Shown here piece after piece: positions 23,320-25,914 of a stretch of 25,914 nucleotides of DNA. The stretch's first letter is position 1; each line of letters begins with the position of its first letter. Position numbers and translations under genes: made by a program. Source of the stretch: Octopus sinensis (Eukaryota); the NCBI RefSeq assembly GCF_006345805.1, contig NW_021835652.1:1-25914 (forward strand), in the 5' to 3' direction. The notes beneath the pieces are model-generated. The model did not search any database, had not been told where the DNA came from, and was given only the letters and a program-made list of their open reading frames with translations.

Positions 23320-23565
23320 GAATCGAGTTCTCAGGCAACTCCTCCATAGTATTTTTTTTCTTTTTATCAGAAGCAACCATCATTAGCTTTTCCGACTGTA
23401 TCCCCAAGCGTGAATGACTGAGACTAGGGATATCCTCCGGCCATCTAGTTCTTGGTCAACCCCTGGGTCTCCTACTAGTTGACCCAGCTTCGAGAATTGT
23501 TCTTGTGATTCCTTCTGCGAAATTATAATCACATATCCAAACTTCGGGGGATCTCTTCTGAACTC
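23320..23565 (-). mobile_element. RTE-clade LINE ORF C-terminus fragment
   Basis: Minus frame GITRTILEAGSTSRRPRG*PRTRWPEDIPSLSHSRLGIQSEKLMMVASD contains the RxRGRPRxRW motif typical of RTE 3' ends. Confidence 0.75.
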
Positions 23566-23596
23566 ACGCGCGCACACACACACATATTTCTATATT

Positions 23597-23953
23597 CTCT
23601 CTCTCTTTACTCTTTTACTTGTTTTCAGTCATTTGACTGCGGCCATGCTGGAGCACCGCCTTTAGTCGAGCAACTCGACCGCCCCGGGGACTTAATCTTT
23701 TGTAAGCCAGTCAGTACTTATTCTATCGGTCTCTTTTGCCGAACTGCTAGGTAACGGGACATAAACACACAGCATCGTTGTCAAGCAATGCTAGGGGACA
23801 AACACACACACAAAAATAAACACACACATACACACACAACATATTATATATATACGACAGGCTTTTTTCAGTTTCCGTCTACCAAATCCACTCACAAGGC
23901 ATTGGTCGGCCCGGGGTTATAGCAGAAGATACTTGCCCAAGATGCCACGCAGT
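23597..23953 (-). mobile_element. Family 1 SINE truncated within the head
   Basis: Tail ctctctttactcttttacttg, 3' half, (CA)(TA), CORE-like segment. Stops at gatgccacgcagt just before the B box. Confidence 0.9.
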
Positions 23954-24550
23954 ATATATGTATGTATGCATGCATACGTGCATGTATGTATGTATGTATG
24001 TAAGTATGTATGTATGTATGTATGTATGTATCTATGTATCTGTCTATCAATCTCTCTCTCTCTCTCTCTAAGTCTTTACCTGTGCGCTTGCGTACATGAA
24101 TGAACGTCGTAAAACAAACCACAGAGCTTTAGTGCTCGGTGAAATATAGAGATGTGAATGACCTGGTTGCCATTGAAATAGTGGAACGGCTTAACTTATC
24201 ACTGATTCTCCCGAGTCGCTGAAGGCAAGAATCGTCTAAGAGTGGATTCTTTCATGTCGGTGATCAGTGAAGGTTAATTAAGAAACTTTTATATCTATGG
24301 GTATTGATTTTTTCCCCACGACTTTAAGCTATTATATATAGAATCATATTCGCTCTATCTATATAATCTGTACGTTCACCTATGTATCTTTTTGTATAAA
24401 CGGTGTGCAGCCATTAACTCAGACACATTTTCCCTCCTCCAATTTTTCCTCTCTCCATCCGTTTTCTCTCCCCATTCCTCTCAGTATAAAATAATAATAG
24501 TAACAACAACAACAACAACAATAATAATAATAATAAAAATAATAGTAGTA

Positions 24551-25610
24551 GTGGACGGACGGACTAGCAATACCGTCGTGGGAGGTTATGAAGCAGATTG
24601 AACAGACGGGCTATAAGTACTTGGGGATATTGGAAATGGAATAATTGATGGAGAAAGAAATGACAGAAAAATTTAAGCTGGAGTACTTGTGCAGACTGAG
24701 ACTGATCCTTAAGTCGAAATTAAACGGATGGAATAAGATTGAAACTATCAACACCTTGGATGTTTCACTCCTTAGATATGGAGCAGGAGTGAAGGCATGG
24801 ACAGTAGACGAACTAAACGGCTTAGATAGAAAGACAAGAAAGCTGATGACTGGATGTGGAACATTCCACCGAAAAAGTGACACAGACAGACTGTATGTAC
24901 CAAGAAAAAGAGGGGGAGAGGGACTGATTGGATGGGAACAGAGCATTAGAGCTGAAGAAAACATAGCATGGTATGTAAAAATGCCACAGAACCGCTATTA
25001 TTGGGAGTAAGAAGGTCGGGCCTGAGTAGGATGAAAGATTACAACGATAAAGCATTGTACAAGCACTTGAGAATGAGTGATACTGAAAAGAGGCGTATAA
25101 AGAAAAGAATGCATGGAGAATTACATAGGGAAGTTGAAGATAAGACAGTCAGAGAAAAAAAGATGGCTATAGATGACTTGAAGTGATTTCAAACCGGAAA
25201 CGGAGGCTGTAATCTGTACTGCCCAAGTGGAAGTATTAAGAACCAATTACATCAAATACAGAATAGACAACACATCAGAAAGTGATAAGTGCAGAACTTG
25301 TGGACAAAATGGTAAAACCGTGGAGTATACTACCAGTCAATATACGTCACTAGGCTAGAAAGAATATAAGGGATGTGAGGACAACATAGCAAGGATTGTC
25401 CATTGGATACTTTACAGCAAGAATGGACTTGACAGAGTAAAAATTTGGTACGAACATAAACCCGAAGGCATCAACGAAAATGATAATGCAAAGATCCTAT
25501 GGGATTTTATGATTCAGTGCGACCATGAGATAGAGAATAAGAAACCAAACAATTTAATTTAGATTGGTTGATTCTCTCAATCTCGATACCTTATGACAAA
25601 GACAAGGAAT
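24551..25610 (+). mobile_element. R4/Dong-clade LINE internal fragment (end of RT, thumb, CCHC, start of RLE), decayed
   Basis: GYKYLGILE..EY..RLRLILKSKLNGWNKIETIN..LLRYGAG..LDRKTRKLMT..HRKSDTDRLYVPRKRGGEGLI, then KCRTCGQNGKTVEY (decayed CCHC at 25290) and KILWDFMIQCDHEIENKKP. Begins directly after (AAC)n(AAT)n. Confidence 0.88.
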
Positions 25611-25914
25611 TCTGTCTCCTCTAAAATTCTGAGCTATTTTTTATTCTTTTATTTTCTAAATATCCCCTTGTAAACAGAGTTATAGAGCGTGCGAACCGAT
25701 GTACACATTGGCAGAAACACAGTTTTAGTTCATATAAGTGATATCTATCTTTATATATAATTTAAACATTAATTTTCTTCTTACATTTCACATTCACTAG
25801 ATATATCTTTTTCTAAGTCTATATGTTTTTTAAAAAATATATATATAGTTATATACTTTTCATTTCTTTCCTTTATCCCTCCACTTTCTATAGGCTACCT
25901 TTGACGTTATATCT

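Overview
AT-rich, microsatellite-saturated eukaryotic non-coding DNA, most likely from an octopus/cephalopod. This is inferred from about 9 copies of a tRNA-headed, CORE-like SINE of the type known from Octopus; no database check was possible. I find no supportable host-gene exon, and nearly all ORFs in the supplied track are translations of (CA/TA/GAT/TTA/GATA)n repeats. The window is a graveyard of transposon fossils: two R4/Dong-like RLE-type LINE fragments each abutting (TAA)n, an L1/Tx1-like element (ORF1 + AP endonuclease) split by a SINE, CR1-like and RTE-like 3' ends, a mariner 5' end, a Helentron/HINE-like element, and short Penelope-like remnants. The most unusual signals are (i) two related short elements carrying a minimal, variant hammerhead-ribozyme-like fold on the minus strand, (ii) a ~1 kb head-to-tail array of about 7 diverged tRNA-derived SINE heads with recurring B boxes, and (iii) long fold-back palindromes embedded in (TA)n.
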